NCBI GenBank assembly: GCA_965203055.1
Contig: OZ241863.1
Span: 2,528,001 to 2,592,000, forward strand
Origin: Spirochaetia bacterium
GTDB taxonomy: Bacteria > Spirochaetota > Spirochaetia > SZUA-6 > Bin103
Reading direction: 5' to 3'
DNA: 64,000 nucleotides
The position numbers were made by a program, and so were the translations under genes. Shown here in pieces: positions 1 to 8,442 of the stretch. Within the stretch, counting starts at the first letter, position 1. Each line of letters starts with the position of its first letter. The notes under the pieces are model-generated. The model had not been told where the DNA came from, did not search any database, and saw only the letters and a list, made by a program, of their open reading frames with translations.

Positions 1-136
1 CCTGCTGGCGGGTGAGCAGCGGGATGCGGTTGATATCACGCAGATAGAGCGACAGGACGCTGTCATCCCCGTGATCGGTAGTGGCGCGCAGCCGGGTGGC
101 CGGCTTGCGCTTCGGTGACGGTCGTTTCTGAGCCAT
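1..136 (-). CDS. Sigma-70 family (RpoD/RpoS-like) sigma factor, 5' part only, runs off the left edge
   Basis: Manual translation from ATG at 136: MAQKRPSPKRKPATRLRATTDHGDDSVLSLYLRDINRIPLLTRQQ. This is the region 1.2 motif (YLxxIxxxPLLT) with no region 1.1, so it looks like a group-2/RpoS-like sigma. Not in the ORF track because it is truncated. Confidence 0.85.
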   Translation of the reverse strand, partial: MAQKRPSPKRKPATRLRATTDHGDDSVLSLYLRDINRIPLLTRQQ

Positions 137-162
137 TTTGCCTTACTCTTCAGCCATCACCA

Positions 163-178
163 TGCAACTTCCGTACCA
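163..178 (-). promoter_or_regulatory. sigma54 (-24/-12) promoter of the sigma factor gene
   Basis: Minus strand reads TGGTAC-GGAAG-TTGCA against the consensus TGGCAC-N5-TTGCW, with correct GG-N10-GC spacing. It ends 26 nt upstream of the ATG. Confidence 0.75.
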
Positions 179-321
179 ACTTCGGAACCCTGCCTGTAGC
201 GGGCTATTTCGCTGTCTGAGAAGGAACTGCCGGCGGGACGAACGATCGCGGAGGCAGGCGTGAGCAGGGCGAGTGGGTCAAAGCGACCCACTCGCCGCGG
301 CAGGCCCCGCAATGTGGCGCA

Positions 322-1005
322 TTATGAACCAGTTGCGATCTCGTCACTGGTGGGAACGCGCCCGCAACACACCACGTAGGGCAGTGCGCTGCCGCATACG
401 CAGGGATCGCCGTCCGCCGGCCGGCGCCGGCGCGCGAAGTCGGCCGCCACCACCCGCTCCGCGCCGGCCGCGGCCGGGAGGAGCAGCGGAAACGTAACCT
501 GCATGGCGGCGAACAGCCGCCGCCGCTGCTCGGCGGTGCGTCCCCGCAGGGCGCCGCGCCGCACCAACTCGGTGAAGTGTCCCCACAGCAGGTCGCGCAG
601 CATGTCGGTCTCCGCCGCGCCCAGCGGCGCGCGCGCCTTGGCGCGCACGTAGCGGGCCAGTTGCAGCGAGTGGAACGCGCGCCAGTCGTCCAGCAGCCGA
701 TGGCCCTGCCGCGGCATGCCGTGATCGTTGCTGCAGGTGCGGATCAAGCGCGCCAGACCCGGCTGCTTGTGGGTGCGCTGCGCATCCACCCAGCAGCGCA
801 GCGCGGCGCCGCGGCGGCCCAGACGGGCGCAGACGAATCCCAACCAGCGCAGGGTGGCGGCCAATCCGGCGCGCTGCCCCGCCGGGCAGGAAGCCGCGGC
901 CGCGGTAAGCAGATCGAGGGCGCGGCGGTTGCGGTGGCCGCGCAGCGCGCGCCGCCCATGGTGGAACTGCCGCCGCCAACTCGGACTCCGGCGTGGAGCG
1001 GTCAC
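322..1005 (-). CDS. Hypothetical protein with TPR-like helices and a C-terminal SEC-C metal-binding motif
   Basis: 227-aa ORF ending in DGDPCVCGSALPYVVCCG, which matches SEC-C (CxCGSxxxYxxCC). Confidence 0.65.
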   Translation of the reverse strand: MTAPRRSPSWRRQFHHGRRALRGHRNRRALDLLTAAAASCPAGQRAGLAATLRWLGFVCARLGRRGAALRCWVDAQRTHKQPGLARLIRTCSNDHGMPRQGHRLLDDWRAFHSLQLARYVRAKARAPLGAAETDMLRDLLWGHFTELVRRGALRGRTAEQRRRLFAAMQVTFPLLLPAAAGAERVVAADFARRRRPADGDPCVCGSALPYVVCCGRVPTSDEIATGS

Positions 1006-1119
1006 GCCGCCGAAAATACTGCCGCGACGCCGGGGCCGGCCACTACCCGGCGCCGGCCCACCACCGGACCGGTTGATCGGCCGGCTCGTTCATCGCGGCC
1101 GGCAGCCGGCAGTTCCCGG

Positions 1120-1149
1120 TTGACGGCAAAATCGCTCCATCGGTATATT
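1120..1149 (+). promoter_or_regulatory. Putative sigma70 promoter of groES
   Basis: TTGACG-N18-TATATT in an AT-rich island; AGGAGG RBS before ATG 1208. Confidence 0.5.
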
Positions 1150-1207
1150 GCCCCCGTACCCAAACAAACCAATACATTTTTCTCGATGCTCACAGGAGGA
1201 TCTAACC

Positions 1208-1471
1208 ATGACCATCAAGCCTCTCGGTGATCGCGTTCTGGTCAAGGTTGAGGAAGCGGACCAGAAGACCGCCGGTGGTATCTACATTCCGGACACGGCG
1301 CAGGAAAAGACCCAGAACGGGGTGGTTCTCGCCGTCGGCGACGACGAAGAGATCAAGGTCAAGGTGGATGACAAGATCATCTACGACAAGTACGCCGGCA
1401 CCACGGTCAAAGTGAACGACGACGAGCAGCTCATTCTGAAGGCTGCGGACATTCTCGCCGTCTACGGATAG
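1208..1471 (+). CDS. groES: Co-chaperonin GroES
   Basis: MTIKPLGDRVLVK...TAGGIYIPDTAQEK...YDKYAGT; strong RBS. Confidence 0.97.
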   Translation: MTIKPLGDRVLVKVEEADQKTAGGIYIPDTAQEKTQNGVVLAVGDDEEIKVKVDDKIIYDKYAGTTVKVNDDEQLILKAADILAVYG

Positions 1472-1496
1472 GGCGCTCCTTCGATTCGCAACGATC

Positions 1497-1525
1497 AGCC
1501 CGTCCCCCTGGGACGGGCTTTTTTG
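1497..1525 (+). terminator. Rho-independent terminator after groES
   Basis: AGCCCGTCCC-cct-GGGACGGGCT stem followed by a T run. Confidence 0.85.
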
Positions 1526-1572
1526 CGTCCGGCCGCCTTGGCCGGCCGCCGGCGGGCAACCGGCGCGCGCGG

Positions 1573-3801
1573 TCAGCCGGCGAAGTAGGCCTGCACCCTC
1601 TCCAGCAGCTCGCGCGCCGGGGCGATCTCCAACCGCACCTCCGGCAGCGAGCGCAGGAACACCTCGCCATAGGCCTGCCGCGTCAGGCGCGCGTCCAGCA
1701 GCAGCACCACCCCGCGGTCGGCGTGGCTGCGAATCAGGCGCCCGAACCCCTGCCGCACGCGCATCACGGCGCGCGGCAGGGCCAGGTCGGTGAACGGGTC
1801 GCCGCCGCCGGCCGCGACCCGCGCCATCTGCGCGACCGCCACCGGATGGGTGGGCACCTCGAACGGCAGGCGGCAGATTGCCACCAGGCTGAGCGCCTCG
1901 CCCGGCACGTCGATGCCTTCCCAGAACGAATCGGTAGCCAGCAGCACGCTGCCGGTATCGGCGCGGAAGCGACGCAGCAGGCGGTGGCGGTCCTCCTCTC
2001 CCTGGCGCAGCACGGCGATGCCGTCCTGCGCCAACGCCGCCTGCAGGCGCCGGTAGCAACGTTCCAACATGGCGTAGGAGGTGAACAGCACCAGCGCCCG
2101 GCCGCGGCTGGCGCGCAGCGCCGGCACCAGGTAGCCGGCGAGCCACGCCGGATGAGCGGTGCTCCGCGGATCCGGCGCGTCGGAGGGAATGCCGACCAGC
2201 GCCTGGTCCCGAAATGCGAACGGCGACGGATACCGTTCGGTGAATACGTTGCGCTCCAGGTCGTCGCTCAGCCCTACCCGACTGCGCCAGAACCGGAACT
2301 CGCCGGCCACCGTCAGCGTAGCGGAGGTGAGCACCACGCTGGGGTAGCGGTCGAACACCGCCGCCCGCAGCAGCGGAGCGACCTCTACCGGGGTGATCAC
2401 CAGCCAGGCCGCGGTGCTGCCGTCGCGCCGGCGGCGGCCCTCCACCCAGCGCACCACTGCGGTGCCTTCGGCCAAGGCGGCCCCCGCCCCGCCGGCGAGC
2501 GCCGGCTTCTCGGCGGCGCGCAGCTGCTCGCAGAGCTGCGCCGCGCCCCGCATGCGGCGCACCTGAATTGCCAGCTCGACCGCGTCGGGGCTGTCCCGGT
2601 CGGGTTCGTCGAGCCGGTCCAGCGCCTGCCCCAGCGCGGCGGCGAGCTCCAGCAGCGCCCCGGCGACGGCCGCCAGCAGCTCCGGCAGCGGGCCGTTGCC
2701 CGGGCCGCTCAGAGCAACGGCCGCCTCGCCGCCGAGCACCGCGGCCGCGGCCCGTTCCAGCCGCTGCGCCAGCCGCCGCAGCCGCTCCACCTGCGCCAGC
2801 AGGGCGCCGGCATGCTGCCCGGCGTCGGCGAACCACTCGGCGCGGCGCGGAATCAGCCCCTGCAGGCGCCCGCGCCGGTAGCTCGCCAGGCGCGCCGCCA
2901 TACGCTCCAGGCCGGCGCGGGAAATCCGCTCCGAGAAGAAGGACAGGGCGCTGTCTTCGACCGCGTGGGCCTCGTCGAACACGAGGCGCGCGAAGCCCGG
3001 CAGCAGGGCCGCGTCCTGCAGGGAGCCGCCGCCGCCGGAGTCGGCCCCGCGCAGCGTCAGGTCGGCGAACAGCAGGTGGTGGTTGACGATCAGCAGGCGC
3101 GCGGCCGCGGCCGCGCGCCGCGCGCGCAGTACGAAGCAGGCCTCGCGGTCGGGACAGCGCGCGGAGCTGCAGGCGTCACCCTCCGAACACACCAGGTCCC
3201 AGGCGGCGGCGCGGGCGGCGAACGGCAGGTCGCTGCGGCAACCGGTGGGACTTGCCAGGGACCAGTCGTAGAGCGCCCGCACCTCCGCCGCGGTCGGCTC
3301 GTCCAGCGGCGCCTCCGCGCCCGCCGCGCCCGCCGCGGCGGCGGGCATCCCCTGCGCCTCGCCATAGGCGCCGCGCAGGCGGCGCAGGCACAGGTAATTG
3401 GCGCGGCCCATGACCAGACAGCTCTTCACCTGCGTGCCCAGGACGCGTTGCGCCAGCGGCAGGTCCTGCGCCAGCAACTGCTGCTGCAGGTTGATGGTGG
3501 CGGTGGATACGACCACCCGCTCATCATTGGCCGCGGCCCAGGCCACCGCCGGGATCAGGTAGGCCAGCGACTTGCCGATTCCGGTGCCGGCCTCGGCCGC
3601 GACGATCACCTCGTCGTTGAACGCATCGCACACCGCCTGCAGCATCGCAACCTGCCCGGGACGCTGCTCGTAGCCGGGATGCAGCCGCTGCAGCGGGCCG
3701 CCGGCGCGCAGGGTGGCCGCCAGCTCGCGCGGATCCAGCGCCTGCAGTTCGCGCTCCCGCACCGGTTCGGCGCAGAACTCCTCGCGCCCGCCCGCCTCCA
3801 C
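1573..3801 (-). CDS. dinG: DinG/YoaA-family ATP-dependent Fe-S DNA helicase
   Basis: Q motif YEQRPGQ, AGTGIGKS, Cys cluster, DEAH, SATL, FWEGID and QGFGRLIR. Start uncertain: GTG 3801 chosen, the ORF is open to 3852. Confidence 0.9.
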   Translation of the reverse strand: MEAGGREEFCAEPVRERELQALDPRELAATLRAGGPLQRLHPGYEQRPGQVAMLQAVCDAFNDEVIVAAEAGTGIGKSLAYLIPAVAWAAANDERVVVSTATINLQQQLLAQDLPLAQRVLGTQVKSCLVMGRANYLCLRRLRGAYGEAQGMPAAAAGAAGAEAPLDEPTAAEVRALYDWSLASPTGCRSDLPFAARAAAWDLVCSEGDACSSARCPDREACFVLRARRAAAAARLLIVNHHLLFADLTLRGADSGGGGSLQDAALLPGFARLVFDEAHAVEDSALSFFSERISRAGLERMAARLASYRRGRLQGLIPRRAEWFADAGQHAGALLAQVERLRRLAQRLERAAAAVLGGEAAVALSGPGNGPLPELLAAVAGALLELAAALGQALDRLDEPDRDSPDAVELAIQVRRMRGAAQLCEQLRAAEKPALAGGAGAALAEGTAVVRWVEGRRRRDGSTAAWLVITPVEVAPLLRAAVFDRYPSVVLTSATLTVAGEFRFWRSRVGLSDDLERNVFTERYPSPFAFRDQALVGIPSDAPDPRSTAHPAWLAGYLVPALRASRGRALVLFTSYAMLERCYRRLQAALAQDGIAVLRQGEEDRHRLLRRFRADTGSVLLATDSFWEGIDVPGEALSLVAICRLPFEVPTHPVAVAQMARVAAGGGDPFTDLALPRAVMRVRQGFGRLIRSHADRGVVLLLDARLTRQAYGEVFLRSLPEVRLEIAPARELLERVQAYFAG

Positions 3802-3936
3802 GGGCGCCACTGTACTATGCCTTGACCCGGCGCGGCGCCGGTTGGTATTCAATGGGTCACCCTCTCCACCCGCTGCGGGTGGAGCGGCCGGACGCCGTGC
3901 GCCGCTCCCGCAGCAGCATCAAAAGCGAGGTGCGTC

Positions 3937-4974
3937 ATGGCACGTATACCGGTCGCCGTCGTCGGCGCCACGGGCATGGTGGGACAGCGGATCATCGCCT
4001 TGCTCGACGATCATCCCCGGTTCGAGTTGCAGGAAGTAGCTTCCTCGGCGCGCACCGCCGGCCGGCGCTACGCCGAGGCGATCAGGTGGCGCCTGCCGAC
4101 CGCGTTGCCCGCCGCGGCGGGCAACCTGCAGCTCAAGGAGGGCGGCGCGCCGCTCGCCAGCCGCGTGGTGTTCTCCGCCATGCCGGCCGCTCCCGCCCGC
4201 GCCATAGAGCGGCAGTACGCCGCCGCCGGCCACCTGGTGGTCAGCAACTCCAGCAGCCATCGAATGGACCCGCGGGTCCCGCTCGTGATCCCGGAGGTCA
4301 ACGCCGACCACCTCGCGCTGGTCGGGCGCCAGGGGACCGCCGGCGGCATCGTGACCAACTGCAACTGCGCGGCCATGTTTCTGACCATGGCGCTGGCGCC
4401 GCTGCACCGCCGCTACCGGGTGGAGGCGGTGCACGTGACCACCATGCAGGCGGTGTCGGGCGCCGGCTATCCCGGCGTCGCCAGCCTCGACATCCTCGGC
4501 AACGTGTTCCCGCTACCCGCCGAGGAGGAGAAGATCGAACGGGAGACGCAGAAGATGCTGGGCCGGCTCGCCGGCGACCGAGTGGTGCCGGCGCCGTTTC
4601 CGGTCAGCGCCCAATGCCAGCGCGTGCCGGTGATCGACGGCCACACCGAGACCGTAGCCGTGCGCCTGGCGGCCGACCCCGACCCCGGCGAGGTGGCGGC
4701 TGTCCTGCGGGAGTTCCGCGGACTGCCGCAGGAACGCGCCCTGCCCAGCGCGCCGCGGCATCCCATCGTGGTATTCGACCAGGAGGACCGGCCGCAGCCG
4801 CGCCTGGACGCCGATCTGCAGCGCGGAATGGCGGCGGCGGTCGGGCGCATCCGCCGCTGCCCGGTGTTCTCGATCAAGATGCTGGTGCTGGGGCACAACC
4901 TGGTACGCGGCGCCGCCGCCGCCGCGGTGCTCAACGCCGAAACCCTGCTGGCGCTGGACCTGCTGCCGGCGTGA
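3937..4974 (+). CDS. asd: Aspartate-semialdehyde dehydrogenase
   Basis: VVGATGMVG, SNSSSHRMDPRVPLVIPEVN, catalytic NC, QAVSGAG, HNLVRGAA. Confidence 0.95.
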   Translation: MARIPVAVVGATGMVGQRIIALLDDHPRFELQEVASSARTAGRRYAEAIRWRLPTALPAAAGNLQLKEGGAPLASRVVFSAMPAAPARAIERQYAAAGHLVVSNSSSHRMDPRVPLVIPEVNADHLALVGRQGTAGGIVTNCNCAAMFLTMALAPLHRRYRVEAVHVTTMQAVSGAGYPGVASLDILGNVFPLPAEEEKIERETQKMLGRLAGDRVVPAPFPVSAQCQRVPVIDGHTETVAVRLAADPDPGEVAAVLREFRGLPQERALPSAPRHPIVVFDQEDRPQPRLDADLQRGMAAAVGRIRRCPVFSIKMLVLGHNLVRGAAAAAVLNAETLLALDLLPA

Positions 4975-6320
4975 GGGTAATGAAGTTCGGCGGCACCTCG
5001 CTGGCGGCGGCCGAGTCGTTGGACCGCGCCATCGGGATCGCCGCCGGGGCGCTGGACGACGGCGTGGTGCTGGTGGCATCCGCCATGGGCAGCGCGACCG
5101 ATTGCCTGCAGCAGGCGGCGCGCGCCGCCGGGCGCGGCGACGGCCAACAGGCCCACGCGCTGGTCGACCGGCTGGCCGCCGAACACGCCGCGGCAGCCGC
5201 CGCCCTGCTGGGCGGTGACGAGCAGGCGCGCGCGGCCGAGCAGCAACTCCGCACTCTGTTCGACGAGTTGCGCTCCATCGTTACCGGCATGGCGCTGCTC
5301 AAGCAGTGGACGCCGCGCGGCAACGACGCCATCCTCGGCTTCGGGGAACGCGCGGTCACGCTGCTCCTGGCGGCGCGGGCGCGGCAGCGGGGCATTGCCG
5401 CCCGCCTGCTGGATTGCCGCGCGCTGGTCACCACCGACGACCACTTCATGCACGCCAACGTGCGCCAGCCGGAAACCGCGCAGCGGATCCGCGCCGCGGC
5501 GCGCCCGCAAGCGGGCGAGCTGCTGGTGGCCCAGGGCTTCATCGGCGCCACCGCGGAGGGGGTCGCCACCACCCTCGGGCGCGGCGGCTCCGACTACACC
5601 GCCACCCTGTTCGGGGCCGCGCTCGACGCCGCCGAAGTGATCATCTGGACCGACGTGAGCGGGATCATGACCTGCGATCCGCGCTTGGTGGAGGGCGCGC
5701 GCACGCTGCCCCGAATCAGCTATCGCGAGGCCGCGGAACTGGCCTACTTCGGCGCCCGGGTGCTGCATCCGGCCACCATTCAACCCGCCGTGCAGCGCTC
5801 CGTCCCGGTGGTGGTGCGCAATGCCCGCCGGCCGCAGGAAGCGGGCACCGGCATCGCGGCGCAGGCGCCCGCCGGCGCCAAGGCGATCGCCTGCAAGCGC
5901 GGCATTACGCTGATCAACGTCACCTCGTCGCGCATGCTGCTGGCGTACGGCTTCCTGCGCCGCATCTTCGAGATCTTCGAACACCACCGCACCCCGGTGG
6001 ACCTGGTGGCCACCTCGGAGGTGTCGGTGTCGATGACCATCGACGACGCCGCCCGGCTGGACGCCATCGCCGCGGAGCTGGAGGAAATCGGGACGGTGAG
6101 CGTGGACCGGGAAGCCGGTCTGGTGTCGATCGTGGGCCAGGAGCTGTGGGAGCAGCCCGGCTTCCTGGCCGGAGCGATCGGCGCCCTGCAGGGGGTCCCG
6201 CTGAAGATGATGTGCCTGGGTTCGTCCGATATCAATCTTTCGCTGGTGGTGGCCGACGCCGCCACCGAGACCGCGGTGCGCGCGCTGCACCGCAAGTTCT
6301 TCGAGCAACCACCATGTTAG
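4971..6320 (+). CDS. lysC: Aspartate kinase
   Basis: MKFGGTS, TTLGRGGSDYTA, WTDVSGIMTCDPR and ACT domains. GTG start overlaps the asd stop. Confidence 0.93.
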   Translation: MRVMKFGGTSLAAAESLDRAIGIAAGALDDGVVLVASAMGSATDCLQQAARAAGRGDGQQAHALVDRLAAEHAAAAAALLGGDEQARAAEQQLRTLFDELRSIVTGMALLKQWTPRGNDAILGFGERAVTLLLAARARQRGIAARLLDCRALVTTDDHFMHANVRQPETAQRIRAAARPQAGELLVAQGFIGATAEGVATTLGRGGSDYTATLFGAALDAAEVIIWTDVSGIMTCDPRLVEGARTLPRISYREAAELAYFGARVLHPATIQPAVQRSVPVVVRNARRPQEAGTGIAAQAPAGAKAIACKRGITLINVTSSRMLLAYGFLRRIFEIFEHHRTPVDLVATSEVSVSMTIDDAARLDAIAAELEEIGTVSVDREAGLVSIVGQELWEQPGFLAGAIGALQGVPLKMMCLGSSDINLSLVVADAATETAVRALHRKFFEQPPC

Positions 6321-7555
6321 AGCTGGGCGGCGTACCCGCCGCATCCCTGGCCGAGCGGTACGGCACTCCGCTGTACGTCTACGAGGAGGCGCGCATTCGC
6401 GCCGCCTTCGACACGTTGGCGCGCGCCTTCGCGGTGGACGATCTGCGCATCCACTTCGCGACCAAGGCGAACTCCAATCCCTGGATCTTGCGCATCCTGC
6501 GGCAGGCCGGCGCCTGGGCCGACGTGGTTTCGCCGGGCGAGATTCTCCTGGCGCGCCGCGCCGGGTTTCCGGCCGAGCGGCTGCTGTACAATGGCAACTC
6601 GGCATCCGACGCAGAACTGCGCACCGCGGTGGAGCAGGGCGTGCGCGTCAACGTGGAGTCGATGTCGCAGCTCCGGCGGCTGGCGAAGCTGGCGCCCGGC
6701 AGCGCCATCAGCATCCGGTTCAACATCGACGTCGGCGGCGGCCACCACTCCCACGTCATTACCGGCGGCCCGGAAAGCAAGTTCGGCATCGACTGGGAGC
6801 AGGCCGAGCAGGCGCGGAGCGCCGCCGCCGGAAAGCTGCGGGTGGCGGGCGTGCACTGCCACATCGGCTCCGGCGTGCTGCAGGCCGAACGCTTCGTGCA
6901 GGCGGTAACCAACCTGCTGACGGTGGCGCGGCGGTTTCCCGACCTGGAACAGGTCAACTTCGGCGGCGGGATCGGCATCCCCTACCGCGCGGATCAGCCG
7001 GAACTGGCGGTCGACCGGTTGGGAGCGCTGCTCACCGCCGAGTACGAGCGCTTCTGCGCGGAGTACGGCTCGCGGCCGGCGTTGTGTCTGGAACCGGGGC
7101 GGTTCCTGGTGGCGCGCGCCGGCACCCTGCTGTGCCGGGTGACGGCGGTGAATCAGGCGCGCAAGTACCTGTTCGCCGGCACCGACAGCGGCTTCAACCA
7201 TCTGATCCGCCCGGCGATGTATGGCGCGTACCATCACATCGAAGCGGCGGCGCCGCGTGAGGGAGCGCTGCGCGACACGGTGCTTACCGGCAACATCTGC
7301 GAGTCGGGCGACGTCTTCACCCGCGGCGAGGAGGGAATCGAGCCGCGTTCCCTGCCGCCGCTGCAGGAGGGTGATCTGGTCGCAATCCGCGACGCCGGGG
7401 CCTACGGATTCGCGATGGCGTCGCGCTACAACTCCTTCCCGCTGCCGGCCGAGGTGCTGGTGGACGCGGGCGCGGCGCGGCTGATCCGGCGCCGCGATAC
7501 CCTGGAACAGCTCCTGCTCAACATCCCGCCGCTGCCGGCGGAGGAGGAAGGATGA
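6314..7555 (+). CDS. lysA: Diaminopimelate decarboxylase
   Basis: YGTPLYVY, FATKAN (PLP Lys), SKFG, HCHIGS, LEPGRF, GNICESGD, GAYG. Confidence 0.95.
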   Translation: MLELGGVPAASLAERYGTPLYVYEEARIRAAFDTLARAFAVDDLRIHFATKANSNPWILRILRQAGAWADVVSPGEILLARRAGFPAERLLYNGNSASDAELRTAVEQGVRVNVESMSQLRRLAKLAPGSAISIRFNIDVGGGHHSHVITGGPESKFGIDWEQAEQARSAAAGKLRVAGVHCHIGSGVLQAERFVQAVTNLLTVARRFPDLEQVNFGGGIGIPYRADQPELAVDRLGALLTAEYERFCAEYGSRPALCLEPGRFLVARAGTLLCRVTAVNQARKYLFAGTDSGFNHLIRPAMYGAYHHIEAAAPREGALRDTVLTGNICESGDVFTRGEEGIEPRSLPPLQEGDLVAIRDAGAYGFAMASRYNSFPLPAEVLVDAGAARLIRRRDTLEQLLLNIPPLPAEEEG

Positions 7556-8442
7556 TGCAGATTCCGTTCGTGAAGATGCACGGCATCGGCAACGACTACG
7601 TGTACTGGGACCGGATGGCCGGCGCCGGTGCGGCGCTCCCGGCGCCGGCCGAGGAGACCCTGCCGGAGCTGGCGCGGCGCATGGCCGACCGCCATCTCGG
7701 CGTCGGCGGCGACGGCTTGGTGTTGATCGTGCCGGGCGAGACCCAGCCGTTGCGCATGCGCATGTTCAATGCCGACGGCTCGGAAGCGGAGATGTGCGGC
7801 AACGCGATCCGCTGCGTGGCGCGCTACGCGCGCGACGCGAACTTGATCACCCGCGACCGCTTCAGCATCCAGACGATGCGGCGCGACGTCGCCGTGGAGC
7901 TGCTCGACGACGGCAGCGTGCGCGCGGACATGGGCGCGCCGCGCGACTGCGCGAGCGGCGCCGAGCTGCGCCCCGCGCCGCTGGCGCCCGAAACGCTCAC
8001 CATCGACGGCACCGATTACGCGTTCACCCCGGTGAGCATGGGCAACCCGCACGCGGTGGTGTTCGTCGACCGCCTGGACTTCGATCTGGCTGCCATCGGC
8101 CCCAAGTTCGAGCATCACCCGCGCTTTCCGCAGCGCACCAACACCGAGTTCGTGCTGCCCGTGAGCCGCCGCCGGCTGCGCATGCGGGTGTGGGAACGGG
8201 GCAGCGGCGAGACGCTGGCGTGCGGCACCGGCGCCTGCGCCGCGGCGGTGGCCGCGGTCGTCACCGGGCGCAGCGAACCGCGGGTAACGCTGCACCTGCG
8301 CGGCGGCGACCTGGAGATCCACTGGTCGGCGGCCGACAATCACGTCTACATGACCGGGCCGGCGGAGTACGCCTTCCGCGGCACCTTCAGCTGGAACGGT
8401 ACCTGGAACGGCGCGGAGCGGGACGCACGTGGCGGGCGCTGA
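7552..8442 (+). CDS. dapF: Diaminopimelate epimerase
   Basis: KMHGIGNDY, NADGSEAEMCGN, GNPHAV, ERGSGETLACGTG. Confidence 0.96.
   Translation: MMQIPFVKMHGIGNDYVYWDRMAGAGAALPAPAEETLPELARRMADRHLGVGGDGLVLIVPGETQPLRMRMFNADGSEAEMCGNAIRCVARYARDANLITRDRFSIQTMRRDVAVELLDDGSVRADMGAPRDCASGAELRPAPLAPETLTIDGTDYAFTPVSMGNPHAVVFVDRLDFDLAAIGPKFEHHPRFPQRTNTEFVLPVSRRRLRMRVWERGSGETLACGTGACAAAVAAVVTGRSEPRVTLHLRGGDLEIHWSAADNHVYMTGPAEYAFRGTFSWNGTWNGAERDARGGR

Noticed and set aside
143..163. Tiny minus-strand ORF (MVMAEE*) upstream of the sigma factor
   Set aside because: It overlaps the sigma54 promoter, and its starts lie upstream of the predicted TSS (about 152), so it is unlikely to be translated.
3850..3936. 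Lysine riboswitch upstream of asd
   Set aside because: The available leader (about 80 nt) is far shorter than the L-box aptamer, and I could not recognise its motifs.
3822..6320. Apparent N-terminally extended or fused proteins (832-aa LysC; likewise 1004-aa WecA, 775-aa response regulator, 738-aa MurG)
   Set aside because: The extensions are open frames overlapping neighbouring genes. The real starts are internal, so these are not fusions.
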